Below are positions 17,581-26,978 of a stretch of DNA of 54,276 bases, piece after piece. Location: positions 1-54,276 of the IMG/VR virus record IMGVR_UViG_3300044627_001883; one strand, written 5' to 3'. Position 1 is the stretch's first letter, and every line of letters starts with the position of its first letter. The notes under the pieces are model-generated. The model worked only from the letters and a program-made list of their open reading frames with translations. It made no database searches and was not told the DNA's origin. A program made the position numbers and the translations under genes. Source of the DNA: a virus. Its lineage: Duplodnaviria > Caudoviricetes.

Positions 17581-18956
17581 GCGCGGTGACGTGCGGCGTA
17601 GAGCCGGCGTGCCCAGTTGGGGTGGTAGCCACGTTGACGGGCCACGGCGAGCAGCTCATCCAGCGTGCGTGCGGAGCCTACTTGGCGCCGCTGCTCACGG
17701 CGGAGTTGCTCGCGCTGGAGCTCCTGGAGCTCACCTTCACGCTGCTGGATCTCACGCACTGAGAGCTGGGATGGTGTGCCGCACACCGGGCAGACGGGTT
17801 GCGGCGGGAAGGCAGCAAAGCACACGCCACATTGCCGGACGATGGGCGCCTTCTCAGTGTCCAGGCGGCCGGTGCCTTCATCCCGTCCATCCAGGCTCCA
17901 GTCACGGTCATCATCCGGGAAGCCGTGAGTGATGACGTTGCCGACGTGATCCAGGATCAGCGCCTCGGCCTTGCCGGGTGCTGGGCGGAGGCAGCGGCCC
18001 ACCTGCTGGAGGTAGAGGCCCTCGGACATGGTGGGGCGGAGGAGGATGGCGGCGGTGACGGATGGAACGTCGGTGCCTTCCGAGACCACATCCACAGACA
18101 CCAGGACCCGAAGGGCGCCGGTGCCCAGGTCCCGGATCATCGCCTCACGCTCCTCCACCGGGGTGGTGCCCAGGATCACGGCGGAGCGGATACCAGAGGA
18201 GCGGAATTGTTCGGAAACGTGCTGAGCGTGTTGCGCAGTGCAGCAGAAGGCGATGGCTGGTGCGCCGCGGCATAGACGTTGGTAATGGCTAATCGCATCA
18301 CCGGTCACTGTTGGCCGGTCCATGCGACGACTTGCCTCAGCGGCTTGATAATCCCCTGCTTGTTTCTGTAGCTTCGTCAAATCGGCTTTAACCGGTGGTG
18401 CATAAACTCGTGCCGGTGAGAGAAACCCCTGAGCAGTGAGGTCGCGGACGGTCGGCCCTTGAACCAGCCGATCAAACATGGCGCTCAAGCCGCGGCCGTC
18501 TTGACGGACGGGTGTGGCGGTGACGCCCAAGCGAAGAGCTGCAGGCCAATGCTCCAGCACCTTTGACCAGGTGCTGCCAGCAACAGCGTGATGAGCTTCA
18601 TCGATAACGATGAGATCGGGCGCCCATTCCATGCGTCCGAGGCGGCGGGCCAGTGTTTGGACCGACGCGACTTGAACAGATTGCGGGGTGCCCGGGAAAC
18701 CGGCGGCAATCACCCCATGCGGTACCCCGAGCTGGCCCAGCTTGCTGCTGGCCTGCCGGATCAATTCACGACGATGGACCAGGACCAGGACGTGGTGGCC
18801 GCGGGCTGATGCCCCGTGCGCCACGTGGCTGAACACGACTGTCTTGCCGCCTCCGGTCGGCAGGACCAGGAGGGGTGCGCGTGAGCCTTGGCGGTACGCA
18901 TCACGCAGATCCCCGACTGCGCGGGCCTGGTACGGACGGAGCGTGGGAATCGACAA
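17577..18956 (-). CDS. Superfamily 2 helicase
   Basis: LRPYQ, PTGGGKT, DEAHH, TATP, QQVGRCLR and a C-terminal CxxC...CxxC. Confidence 0.92.
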   Translation of the reverse strand: MSIPTLRPYQARAVGDLRDAYRQGSRAPLLVLPTGGGKTVVFSHVAHGASARGHHVLVLVHRRELIRQASSKLGQLGVPHGVIAAGFPGTPQSVQVASVQTLARRLGRMEWAPDLIVIDEAHHAVAGSTWSKVLEHWPAALRLGVTATPVRQDGRGLSAMFDRLVQGPTVRDLTAQGFLSPARVYAPPVKADLTKLQKQAGDYQAAEASRRMDRPTVTGDAISHYQRLCRGAPAIAFCCTAQHAQHVSEQFRSSGIRSAVILGTTPVEEREAMIRDLGTGALRVLVSVDVVSEGTDVPSVTAAILLRPTMSEGLYLQQVGRCLRPAPGKAEALILDHVGNVITHGFPDDDRDWSLDGRDEGTGRLDTEKAPIVRQCGVCFAAFPPQPVCPVCGTPSQLSVREIQQREGELQELQREQLRREQRRQVGSARTLDELLAVARQRGYHPNWARRLYAARHRA

Positions 18957-19144
18957 ACCAGTTGCCTCCGGGCGGCGGAAGTATTAGCAGGGACTGGACA
19001 GCAAGCGTGAAGGTCAAACCCGGTAAAAACCGGGAACTTCAGCGAAGAGATGGGGGAGACGGTGAAACGGCGTGACGAGGGGTTAAAGTTCCGGAGCCCA
19101 AAGACTACGGCGCCTCTATGCTACTTGCTACGGGTGCAGGTCCC

Positions 19145-20020
19145 ATGCTGAGGGATGCTGCGCTCACCAACGAGGAGTACCACGGCCTGACCACCGTGAT
19201 CTCCAAGTCACACCTGGATGAGATCAACCGGAGCCCGGCCCACTACTGGGCACGGTACGTGGATCCAGGCCGGGAGCCGGAACCACCCACGGACGCCATG
19301 CTGCTTGGCACGGCGCTTCATACGGCGGTGCTGGAACCGGAGCTGTGGGACGCGCAGATCATCCTGCCGCCCACGGACGCACCCAAGCGACCCAGCATCA
19401 CCCAGCGCAACGCTGCCAAGCCGTCAGCCGCCACATTGGAGGCCATCGAGTTCTGGGATGCGTTTGACGCCGCAGCAGCCGGCAAGATCCTCCTGACCAG
19501 GGAGGATGCGGAGCGGGTCCAGGCCATGGCCACCGCAGTGCGGCAGCACCCTGCTGCGTCAATCCTGCTGGGCCAAGGCGGAGTGCGTGAGCAGTCATAC
19601 CTGTGGACGGACTCCGCCACTGGGTTGGACTGCAAGATCAGGCCGGACTGGCACAGCGCCGACCGGCGGATCATTGCGGACGTGAAGACCACCGAGGACG
19701 CATCACCAGCGGGGTTTGCCCGCTCGGTGGCCAAGTTCCGGTATCACGTCCAGGCAGCGTTTTACGGCGATGCGCTGGGGGCTGAGCAGTTCCTGTTCAT
19801 TGCTGTTGAGAAGCGCAAGCCGTTCCTGGTGGCGGTCTACGCCGCATCCTCCGCAATGGTGGAACAGGGACGCGCTGAAGCCGCGGCCAACATGCGGCTG
19901 ATTGCTGATTGCCGCGCCGCTGATCAGTGGCCTGGCTACAGCGACACCATTGAGCTGATCGACCTCCCGCGATGGGCTCAACAACACACCGATTCACACG
20001 TTCTGGAGATTGATTTCTGA
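19145..20020 (+). CDS. RecE / exonuclease VIII-like PD-(D/E)xK nuclease
   Basis: NEEYH, ISKS, GTALH, CKIRPD, DVKTT and YHVQAAFY. Confidence 0.85.
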   Translation: MLRDAALTNEEYHGLTTVISKSHLDEINRSPAHYWARYVDPGREPEPPTDAMLLGTALHTAVLEPELWDAQIILPPTDAPKRPSITQRNAAKPSAATLEAIEFWDAFDAAAAGKILLTREDAERVQAMATAVRQHPAASILLGQGGVREQSYLWTDSATGLDCKIRPDWHSADRRIIADVKTTEDASPAGFARSVAKFRYHVQAAFYGDALGAEQFLFIAVEKRKPFLVAVYAASSAMVEQGRAEAAANMRLIADCRAADQWPGYSDTIELIDLPRWAQQHTDSHVLEIDF

Positions 20021-20973
20021 TGGGAGCATTCAAGAAGGCCACCAAGAGCCAGGCCAAGCTCCGTGCGGCCATTTTCGGCCCGTCTGGTGCGGGGAAGACG
20101 TACACCAGCCTGCGCATAGCAACGGGCATGGGTGGGTCCATCGCTGTCATTGACAGTGAGAGGGGCAGCGCCAGCAAGTACGCCGACCGGTTCAGCTTTG
20201 ATGTTGCGGAGCTGCACGACAAAAGCATCAGCAGCTACGTCAACACGCTCAAGGAGGCCGCTGGTCACTATGACGTGGTGATCATTGACAGCCTCAGCCA
20301 TGCGTGGAGTGAGCTGCTGACGGAGATCGACCGGCTGGCCAATGCCAAGTACCGGGGCAACACCTGGTCAGCGTGGAGTGAGGGGACGCCCAAGCAGCGG
20401 CTGCTGGTGGACGCCATCTTGGACTTCCCGGGCCACGTCATTGCCACCATGCGTGCCAAGACGGAGTGGCAGACCGAAACCGGCAACGGCGGCAAGAGTC
20501 GCCCGGTGCGGGTGGGGATGAGCCCGGAGCAAGGCAAGGGCATTGAGTACGAGTTCGACGTGCTGTTTGAGCTGAGCACTGATCACATCGTCAACGTGAT
20601 CAAGGACCGCTCCGGCAAGTTCCAAGATCGGCTGATCCAGTTCCCGGGTGAGGAGTTCGGCAAGGAGCTGGCCACCTGGCTCAGCGACGGCGACCAACCC
20701 AAGCCTGAGAGCGAACTGGTCAAGAAGGCACGCCAAGCCATCACCGGAGCCACCAAGCCTGAGCAGCTTGAAAAGGTGAAGGGGCTGCTGGCGGAGCGGC
20801 TGAAGACCAAACACATCACCCCTGACGACCACGGTGTGCTGTCGGGGATGATCCAGGCCCGCCTGGATGGAATGACCGCAGCTCAGCCGGCTGCGGTGGC
20901 AGAGCTCAATGCGCAGATAAAGGAGGGGGCTAATGAGCAGCCCGCAGCAGTCGCCGCTGAAGCCATGTTCTAA
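20020..20973 (+). CDS. AAA ATPase, Sak4-like recombinase
   Basis: GPSGAGKT, IDSERGS, IIDSLSHAW and EYEFD; sits between RecE and SSB. Confidence 0.8.
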   Translation: MGAFKKATKSQAKLRAAIFGPSGAGKTYTSLRIATGMGGSIAVIDSERGSASKYADRFSFDVAELHDKSISSYVNTLKEAAGHYDVVIIDSLSHAWSELLTEIDRLANAKYRGNTWSAWSEGTPKQRLLVDAILDFPGHVIATMRAKTEWQTETGNGGKSRPVRVGMSPEQGKGIEYEFDVLFELSTDHIVNVIKDRSGKFQDRLIQFPGEEFGKELATWLSDGDQPKPESELVKKARQAITGATKPEQLEKVKGLLAERLKTKHITPDDHGVLSGMIQARLDGMTAAQPAAVAELNAQIKEGANEQPAAVAAEAMF

Positions 20974-21172
20974 CTACCTCACCGCCAAGGAGTTGGCGGA
21001 GCGGTGGCGGCATATCGTCAGCCTCAGCACGCTTGACAACTGGCGCTCCCAAGGGCGTGGCCCTCGCTACTTCAAGGCCGGCGGCCGGGTGCTCTACCCA
21101 TTGGCCGAGGTCATCAACTACGAGCAGCGCAACATGCGCGGCTTCCCAAACACACCTACCTCACGAAACTGA
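20933..21172 (+). CDS. HTH DNA-binding protein (excisionase/AlpA-like)
   Basis: YLTAKELAERW...TLDNWRSQGRGPRYFK...VLY. Confidence 0.8.
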   Translation: MSSPQQSPLKPCSNYLTAKELAERWRHIVSLSTLDNWRSQGRGPRYFKAGGRVLYPLAEVINYEQRNMRGFPNTPTSRN

Positions 21173-21591
21173 TGTTCAACGCAACCCTGACCGGCAACCT
21201 TGGCCGTGACCCTGAGCTCCGCTCGTTTGAGAGCGGGCAGATGACTTGCTCACTGAGCGTGGCGGTACGCCAGCCCAAGCGCAAGGCACAGGACGGCTCC
21301 TACACCGACGCACCGGCCTTCTGGGTGAAGGTGGAGGTATGGGGCAAGCAGGCGGAGTATTGCGCCGACTTTCTCAAGAAGGGTGCGCCCGTGTGCTGCA
21401 CGGGTGTCATCGCTCAAGAGGAGTGGACCGACAAGAACACTGGCGAACAACGCCGGGGAGTGGTGATGAAGAATGCCTCGGTGGAGGGATGGTCCAGCAA
21501 GGGTGATCAGCCTGCGCAGGCCGCCCAAACCGTCCAGCGTGGCGCTCAATCACTGGCGGATGCGTTCGGCGGGGAGGACATCCCGTTCTGA
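21172..21591 (+). CDS. ssb: Single-stranded DNA-binding protein
   Basis: GNLGRDPELR, VWGKQAE and acidic tip EDIPF. Confidence 0.93.
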   Translation: MFNATLTGNLGRDPELRSFESGQMTCSLSVAVRQPKRKAQDGSYTDAPAFWVKVEVWGKQAEYCADFLKKGAPVCCTGVIAQEEWTDKNTGEQRRGVVMKNASVEGWSSKGDQPAQAAQTVQRGAQSLADAFGGEDIPF

Positions 21592-21785
21592 GCATCCATC
21601 AGCAGGAGCTCCAGGCGCATGATCTCGTTCGTGGCCCGCTGAAGAGCATCCTGCTGTGAGTAGCAGAGCCTGAGGAGAGCAGCCAACCTTGGACCACCAT
21701 CGGCGGCTGCCTCCCGGCATTCCTTTTCGATCCGCAGTTCTTCCTCGAGGGGAATGCTGGGGATCAACCACTGCCCGAAATCCAT
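21546..21785 (-). CDS. Hypothetical helical protein
   Basis: 79 aa with protein-like composition (MDFGQWL...EEELRIEK); overlaps the ssb 3' end. Confidence 0.45.
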   Translation of the reverse strand: MDFGQWLIPSIPLEEELRIEKECREAAADGGPRLAALLRLCYSQQDALQRATNEIMRLELLLMDAQNGMSSPPNASASD

Positions 21786-22122
21786 GAATTGCCCCCACTG
21801 CCAATCAAAGGAACTTGCTCAAGTTTGGACCCGACAGACTGACGCGACCACTACACGCAGGCGCCGCGTGTGCCTGACGTGCGGGGGGAAGTTCTACACG
21901 GTGGAACAGGTGGAGGGTGCGGCGGCCGCACCGGAGCCGTCAGCACCGCGTGGACCGGCTGGGAGCCGCAACGTAGCGGCCCGGCTGACAGAGGCGCAGG
22001 TGCGGGAGCTGCGTGAGCAGGCCGGACGGGGGACAGGACGCGAGGAGCTGGCCCAGCGGTACGGGATCAGCAAGGACACGGTGAGCCGGATTGTCCGGCG
22101 GAAACTATGGGCGCACGTATGA
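21784..22122 (+). CDS. Zn-ribbon (NrdR-N-like) plus HTH protein
   Basis: MNCPHC...RRRRVCLTCG, then LAQRYGISKDTVSRI. Confidence 0.75.
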   Translation: MNCPHCQSKELAQVWTRQTDATTTRRRRVCLTCGGKFYTVEQVEGAAAAPEPSAPRGPAGSRNVAARLTEAQVRELREQAGRGTGREELAQRYGISKDTVSRIVRRKLWAHV

Positions 22123-22198
22123 CCTGGTGGCTGGTGACTTGGGGTATGGGGTCGGTGGGATTCCTGCTGGGGTGCTGGTGGGCGAGAGTGCCACGGGA

Positions 22199-22257
22199 GG
22201 ACGATCCGCAAACCGGACCCTGAGAGAGGCGCCGGACCGGGGCGCCGGGGTTAAAGT
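22199..22257 (+). promoter_or_regulatory. Repeated promoter-like module, copy 1
   Basis: AACCGG 22211, GGCGCC 22228, 18 nt, TAAAGT 22252. Confidence 0.7.
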
Positions 22258-22278
22258 CTGGGGGTCAGCAACGGACCC

Positions 22279-22500
22279 ATGACCACCACCCGCCACGCCA
22301 TGACGACCAGTGAGCTCACCCTCTGGGATCAGGCCACGGACTTCATCTGGGACGCCATCACCCAACTGGATGCCGCCGGCTGGACCCGTGAAGCCGCAGA
22401 CCTGGAGCGCGACACCATGCAGATCGTCACCCTGGCGGACGCAATCATGACCCGCGAAGACGCCCGCTATCAGCTTGAGTGCCTCGCTGCCAACTCCTGA
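22279..22500 (+). CDS. Hypothetical protein
   Basis: First ORF after promoter copy 1. Confidence 0.65.
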   Translation: MTTTRHAMTTSELTLWDQATDFIWDAITQLDAAGWTREAADLERDTMQIVTLADAIMTREDARYQLECLAANS

Positions 22501-22503
22501 CCC

Positions 22504-22695
22504 ATGACCGCCACCATCCTCTTCATCATCTGGAAGCTGCTGCTGCCGCTCCTGTTCGTCATCGCTGTTGTGGACGTGCTCACGCAGTCCCCACAGCAAC
22601 GCATCCGCCGGCTGCGCTCCGCTGGCCACTCCTACCGCGCCATCTCCGCCCGCCTGGGCATCTCCGTCTACCAAGTACGCAAGGCCATCGCATGA
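22504..22695 (+). CDS. Small membrane-anchored HTH protein
   Basis: Hydrophobic N-terminus, then SYRAISARLGISVYQVRK. Confidence 0.65.
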   Translation: MTATILFIIWKLLLPLLFVIAVVDVLTQSPQQRIRRLRSAGHSYRAISARLGISVYQVRKAIA

Positions 22696-22970
22696 ATCTC
22701 GTCATCCTCACCAACGACCGTGTGGCACCTGTGGTGCCCACCTCCGAGCACAAGTCCACCTACGCCCCACGCGGTGTCCGGACGCCCATGTGGCAGTTCC
22801 AGCCTGGTGATCGCGTCTACGTCCGGGACTGGATTGGCTCCGGCCTGATCATGGAGCGGGTGTCAGGCTTGGCCTGGCCCCACTACCTGATCATGAACGG
22901 CGAGGGGCACCTCTACCGTGTCTCGCAGATCATGCTGGCCTCCCGTCCGCTGTGGGATGGCCCCGCATGA
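22692..22970 (+). CDS. Hypothetical protein (SH3-like FQPGDRVYV)
   Basis: ATGA-coupled to both neighbours. Confidence 0.6.
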   Translation: MNLVILTNDRVAPVVPTSEHKSTYAPRGVRTPMWQFQPGDRVYVRDWIGSGLIMERVSGLAWPHYLIMNGEGHLYRVSQIMLASRPLWDGPA

Positions 22971-23650
22971 GCACGCTCCTCGTCAACCTCCCGCCCATCA
23001 AAGTCTGGGTGCGCAAGGAGTACCTCTACGACCTCCGCCGCGGCCACGGGGAATACACCCCTGGCTACTGGGTGGCGGCCAAGTCCCTCCCAGGCCGTGC
23101 GCTCTACTTTGAGACCTACCTCACCCAGTACGGGGCGCTCTACGACAAGCTGCCCATCAGTGCCTTCCTGGCCTGGGACAGTGACCACCCGGACGGCCCG
23201 GTGCCACCCAGTCCGGACCTGCCGCTGTCTGACCTCCAGTTCTGGAACAGCTTCGACACCGGCATCACCGCCATCCACAAATCACTCATCGCCAACATGG
23301 CGTTTGAGGTCCGGACCCGCTCCCATGGCGTGATGCCTGGCAGCTACCTGTTCACGCTCGACAACTACCACCCCCACGTCAACGAGATCGACGTGGAGTT
23401 CGCTGAGGTCCCGGATGAGCACAAGTCCCACAACGTGGTGGTGCTGGCCAACGGGCAGATCGGTGCCTACCCCAACAACCGCTGCCGGATGGTGGATAGC
23501 TCACTCACGCCTGAGGAGCTCCTGACGCCTGACTTCAAGGTCAGCACCCGCTACTTCAACGTGGAGCACGCTCCCAAGTGGGGACGGCTGGGGGGTGAGG
23601 ACGAATACTTCTGGACCACGCCGACGGAGCGGCAGGAGGTGGCGCAATGA
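22967..23650 (+). CDS. Conserved cyanophage-type hypothetical protein
   Basis: NLP..VWVRKEYL.D...GHGE, YDKLPISAF and PNNR motifs recalled from T4-like cyanophage proteins. Confidence 0.7.
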   Translation: MSTLLVNLPPIKVWVRKEYLYDLRRGHGEYTPGYWVAAKSLPGRALYFETYLTQYGALYDKLPISAFLAWDSDHPDGPVPPSPDLPLSDLQFWNSFDTGITAIHKSLIANMAFEVRTRSHGVMPGSYLFTLDNYHPHVNEIDVEFAEVPDEHKSHNVVVLANGQIGAYPNNRCRMVDSSLTPEELLTPDFKVSTRYFNVEHAPKWGRLGGEDEYFWTTPTERQEVAQ

Positions 23651-23832
23651 AGCCGCAACAGTTCCTCCGCTGGTATGAGGTGCTGCTGGTCCAGCTGTTG
23701 GTGCGCTCACCACGCGTGGAAGGCATCTTGGTGCGCTCTGCTGAGATGCCGGTGGCGTGGGTGCTGCGCAAGACCGTCAGCCAGGAATGCCGGGAGTCCT
23801 TAGAACGGTCCTACCGCGCCTCAAGCCCATGA
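23647..23832 (+). CDS. Hypothetical protein
   Basis: ATGA-coupled ORF. Confidence 0.5.
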   Translation: MKPQQFLRWYEVLLVQLLVRSPRVEGILVRSAEMPVAWVLRKTVSQECRESLERSYRASSP

Positions 23833-23938
23833 CGCTGACGGATGACCAGCTCTTTGAGCTGTGGGATGTCGCCATGTTCCGCGCCACCACCAAAGGCACG
23901 GACCCAGTGCTGGAGTACGCCCGTCTGATCCTTGAACA

Positions 23939-24175
23939 ATGTCCGAACGCAAGACCGACTTCGCCGTCGTCCTGAGCTGGTTCAACGTTGAACAGCCCAA
24001 CTTGGGAGATGGCATCAGCAGGCCCAGACCTGATCAACGCACCAAGCCATTTCGGCTGAAGGTGCGCCGTCCGCACGAACAGCCGATGACCGTCACGTTG
24101 CAGGCACCCAACAAGAAGGAGGCGCTGCGCTACGCACAGAACCGCTGGCCATCCGCAACGGTGGAGGCGGTATGA
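23939..24175 (+). CDS. Hypothetical protein
   Basis: Coupled ORF (GDGISRPR...YAQNRWP). Confidence 0.6.
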   Translation: MSERKTDFAVVLSWFNVEQPNLGDGISRPRPDQRTKPFRLKVRRPHEQPMTVTLQAPNKKEALRYAQNRWPSATVEAV

Positions 24176-24495
24176 CCTTGGGACCGCTGTTCGACCACGG
24201 CGAGAGGCTCAAGGATGACGCCATCGCCACCGTCTTGGAGAATGCTGGCCAGCAGTGGCAGGCCGCCGCTACGCAGCTGATCCAGGACTGCCTCGCGGGG
24301 CAAGAGGTGCTGGCGGAGGAGTGGCGACTGCTGTGCGCTGAGCACGGGCTCACGCCGCATCACCCCAACGCATGGGGCGGACTGACCAACAGCCTGATCC
24401 GCTCCGGAGTGATCATTGACACCGGCCGGCTGGCCAAGTCCCGGGATCCCCGGAGTCATGCCCGCCGACAACCGGTGTGGAGGGTGAGGGGATGA
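24172..24495 (+). CDS. Hypothetical protein
   Basis: Coupled ORF with PHHPNAWG...SHARRQPVW. Confidence 0.65.
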   Translation: MTLGPLFDHGERLKDDAIATVLENAGQQWQAAATQLIQDCLAGQEVLAEEWRLLCAEHGLTPHHPNAWGGLTNSLIRSGVIIDTGRLAKSRDPRSHARRQPVWRVRG

Positions 24496-24577
24496 GCCTT
24501 GCCGCTGCTGTCTACCTGTCAATCACCGCCTGGATCACCGTGACCCTGCTGGTGCTGATCTACCGCAAGCTCAACAC

Positions 24578-25006
24578 ATGAAGACTGAACCCTGGAGTGA
24601 CCTAGAGGCCCTGGCCTTCAAGTCCGGCCGCATGACCGTGCCCACGCATAACGACTACACCAAGTGCATCCTGGAGCTGCGCGCCAGGGTCGAGACACTG
24701 GAAGCTGCGGCTCACGAGCACATCGTCGAAACCAGCGCCAACATCTTGGCTTTGGCGAGCCGGGTCGAGGCGCTGGAGGCCAACTCCAAGCCAACTCCAA
24801 ATCCACGCCAAATCAGGAGTTCGCTGGTGGAGCGGGTGGCCCTTGCCATCAGCGGAATCGAAGACAGTTCCTGCTGGGATGAGGAGGCTGTCAACTGGGC
24901 ACCTGAAGCCCGCGCCGCGATCCGCGAGGTGGCGGCGTGGTTGCGGGAGCAACATGACGGCGACCTGGTCGCAGCGACCGTGCTTGATCGGGAGGCCGGG
25001 CTATGA
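24578..25006 (+). CDS. Hypothetical coiled-coil protein
   Basis: Repeated RVE(T/A)LEA and ARAAIREVAAWL. Confidence 0.6.
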   Translation: MKTEPWSDLEALAFKSGRMTVPTHNDYTKCILELRARVETLEAAAHEHIVETSANILALASRVEALEANSKPTPNPRQIRSSLVERVALAISGIEDSSCWDEEAVNWAPEARAAIREVAAWLREQHDGDLVAATVLDREAGL

Positions 25007-25185
25007 CTGGCTTCCACCCCGCACCATTCCATGACTTCTCCACCGAGCTGCGCGACCCGTGGCCGGTAGTTGAACGCCTACGCATGGCACTGCGCGAAGC
25101 CGAGCGCTATTGCCTCGGCGCTGAGAACACCACCGGCCACTGCATCGCATCCCTTCTTGAAATCCTGCCTGACGAAGATGACTGA
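25003..25185 (+). CDS. Hypothetical protein
   Basis: Coupled ORF. Confidence 0.5.
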   Translation: MTGFHPAPFHDFSTELRDPWPVVERLRMALREAERYCLGAENTTGHCIASLLEILPDEDD

Positions 25186-25402
25186 CTACAAGTTCGTACC
25201 CGATTCCAGGCTTCAAGAATTTCACGCAACCTCTGCTCAACTCATTCGCGCTGTTATCTACAACGCCATCAAAGACACCGCCGATTGTCATTGGCGTGTT
25301 GCTGAAGGACCAGAAGAAGGCAGTCAAATGGTGCGTGTTGGCGATCTACTGGCATGGGCTGAACAAACCGCGTCTAACCTAGAGAAAACTGATGACAACT
25401 GA
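25178..25402 (+). CDS. Hypothetical protein (lower GC)
   Basis: ATG 25178; overlaps both neighbours. Confidence 0.5.
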   Translation: MTDYKFVPDSRLQEFHATSAQLIRAVIYNAIKDTADCHWRVAEGPEEGSQMVRVGDLLAWAEQTASNLEKTDDN

Positions 25403-25748
25403 ACTTGTGTTCACCCCACCAAAAAGTGATCTTATTCGACAATGGATGGAAAAAGCAGGTGTGTACCAACAGGAGGAATGGTATTACGAAGCAAATCTTG
25501 CCATTCAAGCCGCTGAATGGGGCTACCAGCAAGGAGCTGATGCCGAGCTAAACGAGTGCTGTAAGTGGTTGCCTAACCTGCCGCCATGGAGCGCAGATGA
25601 TCTGCGTAAACATCGCCGCCCAAAACCGCCGAGCTTGAAGGAGCAAGCGCTAACTGCGCTGACGCGGTACACGACTGGTGAAACAATCCTCACCAACGAA
25701 TCTGTTGACACCATCCGCCGCGCACTGGAGGCCCTGCCCGATGACTGA
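25392..25748 (+). CDS. Hypothetical protein (lower GC)
   Basis: GADAELNECCKWL...RPKPPSLKEQAL motif, recalled from cyanophage accessory genes. Confidence 0.6.
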   Translation: MTTELVFTPPKSDLIRQWMEKAGVYQQEEWYYEANLAIQAAEWGYQQGADAELNECCKWLPNLPPWSADDLRKHRRPKPPSLKEQALTALTRYTTGETILTNESVDTIRRALEALPDD

Positions 25749-25941
25749 CGCCGAACGCCAGGTGGCCTTTGCCACCATGACCGCCATTGACCGGATCTCA
25801 GGGAGCCGGGCACGCAAGGGCGCTGCGGCCGCCATCATGTCTGCCCTGGCACAGGTGCCCCACTACCGCAATGCGTCGGGGGACTTCGTAGCCGTGGCTG
25901 ACCTGGAGACCATCGCCCGCACCCTGAATGAGCTGCCCTGA
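25741..25941 (+). CDS. Hypothetical protein
   Basis: Coupled ORF. Confidence 0.5.
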   Translation: MTDAERQVAFATMTAIDRISGSRARKGAAAAIMSALAQVPHYRNASGDFVAVADLETIARTLNELP

Positions 25942-26263
25942 ATGCCGCTACCCCAGGTACAAAGCCACCGAGAGTCATTACGTCATGCGGGGCGAAGCCC
26001 GGCGGGTTCGCCGTCGCTGCGCCAGCTGCGGACACACCGGCACCATCTATGAAGTCAGCAAGGCGCTGCTGGATGAGCTGACGGAGCTCCGCACGCTCCG
26101 CTCCAAGGTCCAGGAGTTGCTCGGCGGTGGCGGTGAACCCGCTGGCGGTGGCCCGTATTGCGTGGAATGCAAGCACTGGGGTCCGGACGGCTGCGGCCTG
26201 GACCTACCTGAAGCCGGTGGCGGCTTTGCTGCTGAATGTTCAACCTTCAACCCAGGACCATGA
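25928..26263 (+). CDS. Zn-ribbon protein
   Basis: CPEC...RRRCASCG and C-terminal CVECKHW...C...C. Confidence 0.65.
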   Translation: MSCPECRYPRYKATESHYVMRGEARRVRRRCASCGHTGTIYEVSKALLDELTELRTLRSKVQELLGGGGEPAGGGPYCVECKHWGPDGCGLDLPEAGGGFAAECSTFNPGP

Positions 26264-26410
26264 CCGAACACGAGAGGGATCTCCAGACCTGGGCCAACCA
26301 GGTGACGCAGGCGATCAAGGATCTTCACCACCGGCTGGCGGAGGCGGAGTGGGAAATTGAGAACATGAAGGCGCGGCTGTCGGAGTGGGAGGCCGGACCC
26401 CACTGACCAG

Positions 26411-26469
26411 GGGCCGATCCGCAAACCGGTCCCGGTTCCGGCGCCGCTCCGTTCCGCGGGGGTTAAAGT
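26411..26469 (+). promoter_or_regulatory. Repeated promoter-like module, copy 2
   Basis: AACCGG 26424, GGCGCC 26440, 18 nt, TAAAGT 26464. Confidence 0.7.
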
Positions 26470-26490
26470 AGGTTCATCCGCAACGGACCA

Positions 26491-26682
26491 ATGAACGACT
26501 TCACCATCACCGCTCCCAACAACACCGAGTACCGCTACACCGTGTCCGGTGACGACACCTACGACTTCGTGCAGCTCCGCAACGGCAAGATCCTGGTGTG
26601 CACCGAGGTGCCCGCATCCTCCGCTGCCGGGATGCGCCGCCTGGCTGCCTCCAAGCACTGGCCCATCATCAACGCCCGCTGA
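26491..26682 (+). CDS. Hypothetical protein
   Basis: First ORF after promoter copy 2. Confidence 0.65.
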   Translation: MNDFTITAPNNTEYRYTVSGDDTYDFVQLRNGKILVCTEVPASSAAGMRRLAASKHWPIINAR

Positions 26683-26717
26683 TCAGCTCCGCTCCGCCTG
26701 CCCCCACTCCAAGACCC

Positions 26718-26978
26718 ATGACCACCCTTCCCACCATCCACCTCAACGGCACCGGAGCCGACAGCCTGCTGGAGGAATACGCCGCTGCCGCCGACGCCGC
26801 CAACCTCGCCATCGGGACCTTGGCCCAGGCTACCTGCAATGCCCGCGACTTCTACCCGCAAGGCGATGCCGCCTGGAGCGCCGCACGGGCTGAGCGAGAG
26901 GCTGCGCTCACCAAGCTGCGCGAGGTCCACTCCTACCTGATGGACTGGGCTGTCCACGCTGCGGATCACGCTTTATGA
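26718..26978 (+). CDS. Hypothetical protein
   Basis: PTIHLNGT...NARDFYPQ motif. Confidence 0.65.
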   Translation: MTTLPTIHLNGTGADSLLEEYAAAADAANLAIGTLAQATCNARDFYPQGDAAWSAARAEREAALTKLREVHSYLMDWAVHAADHAL

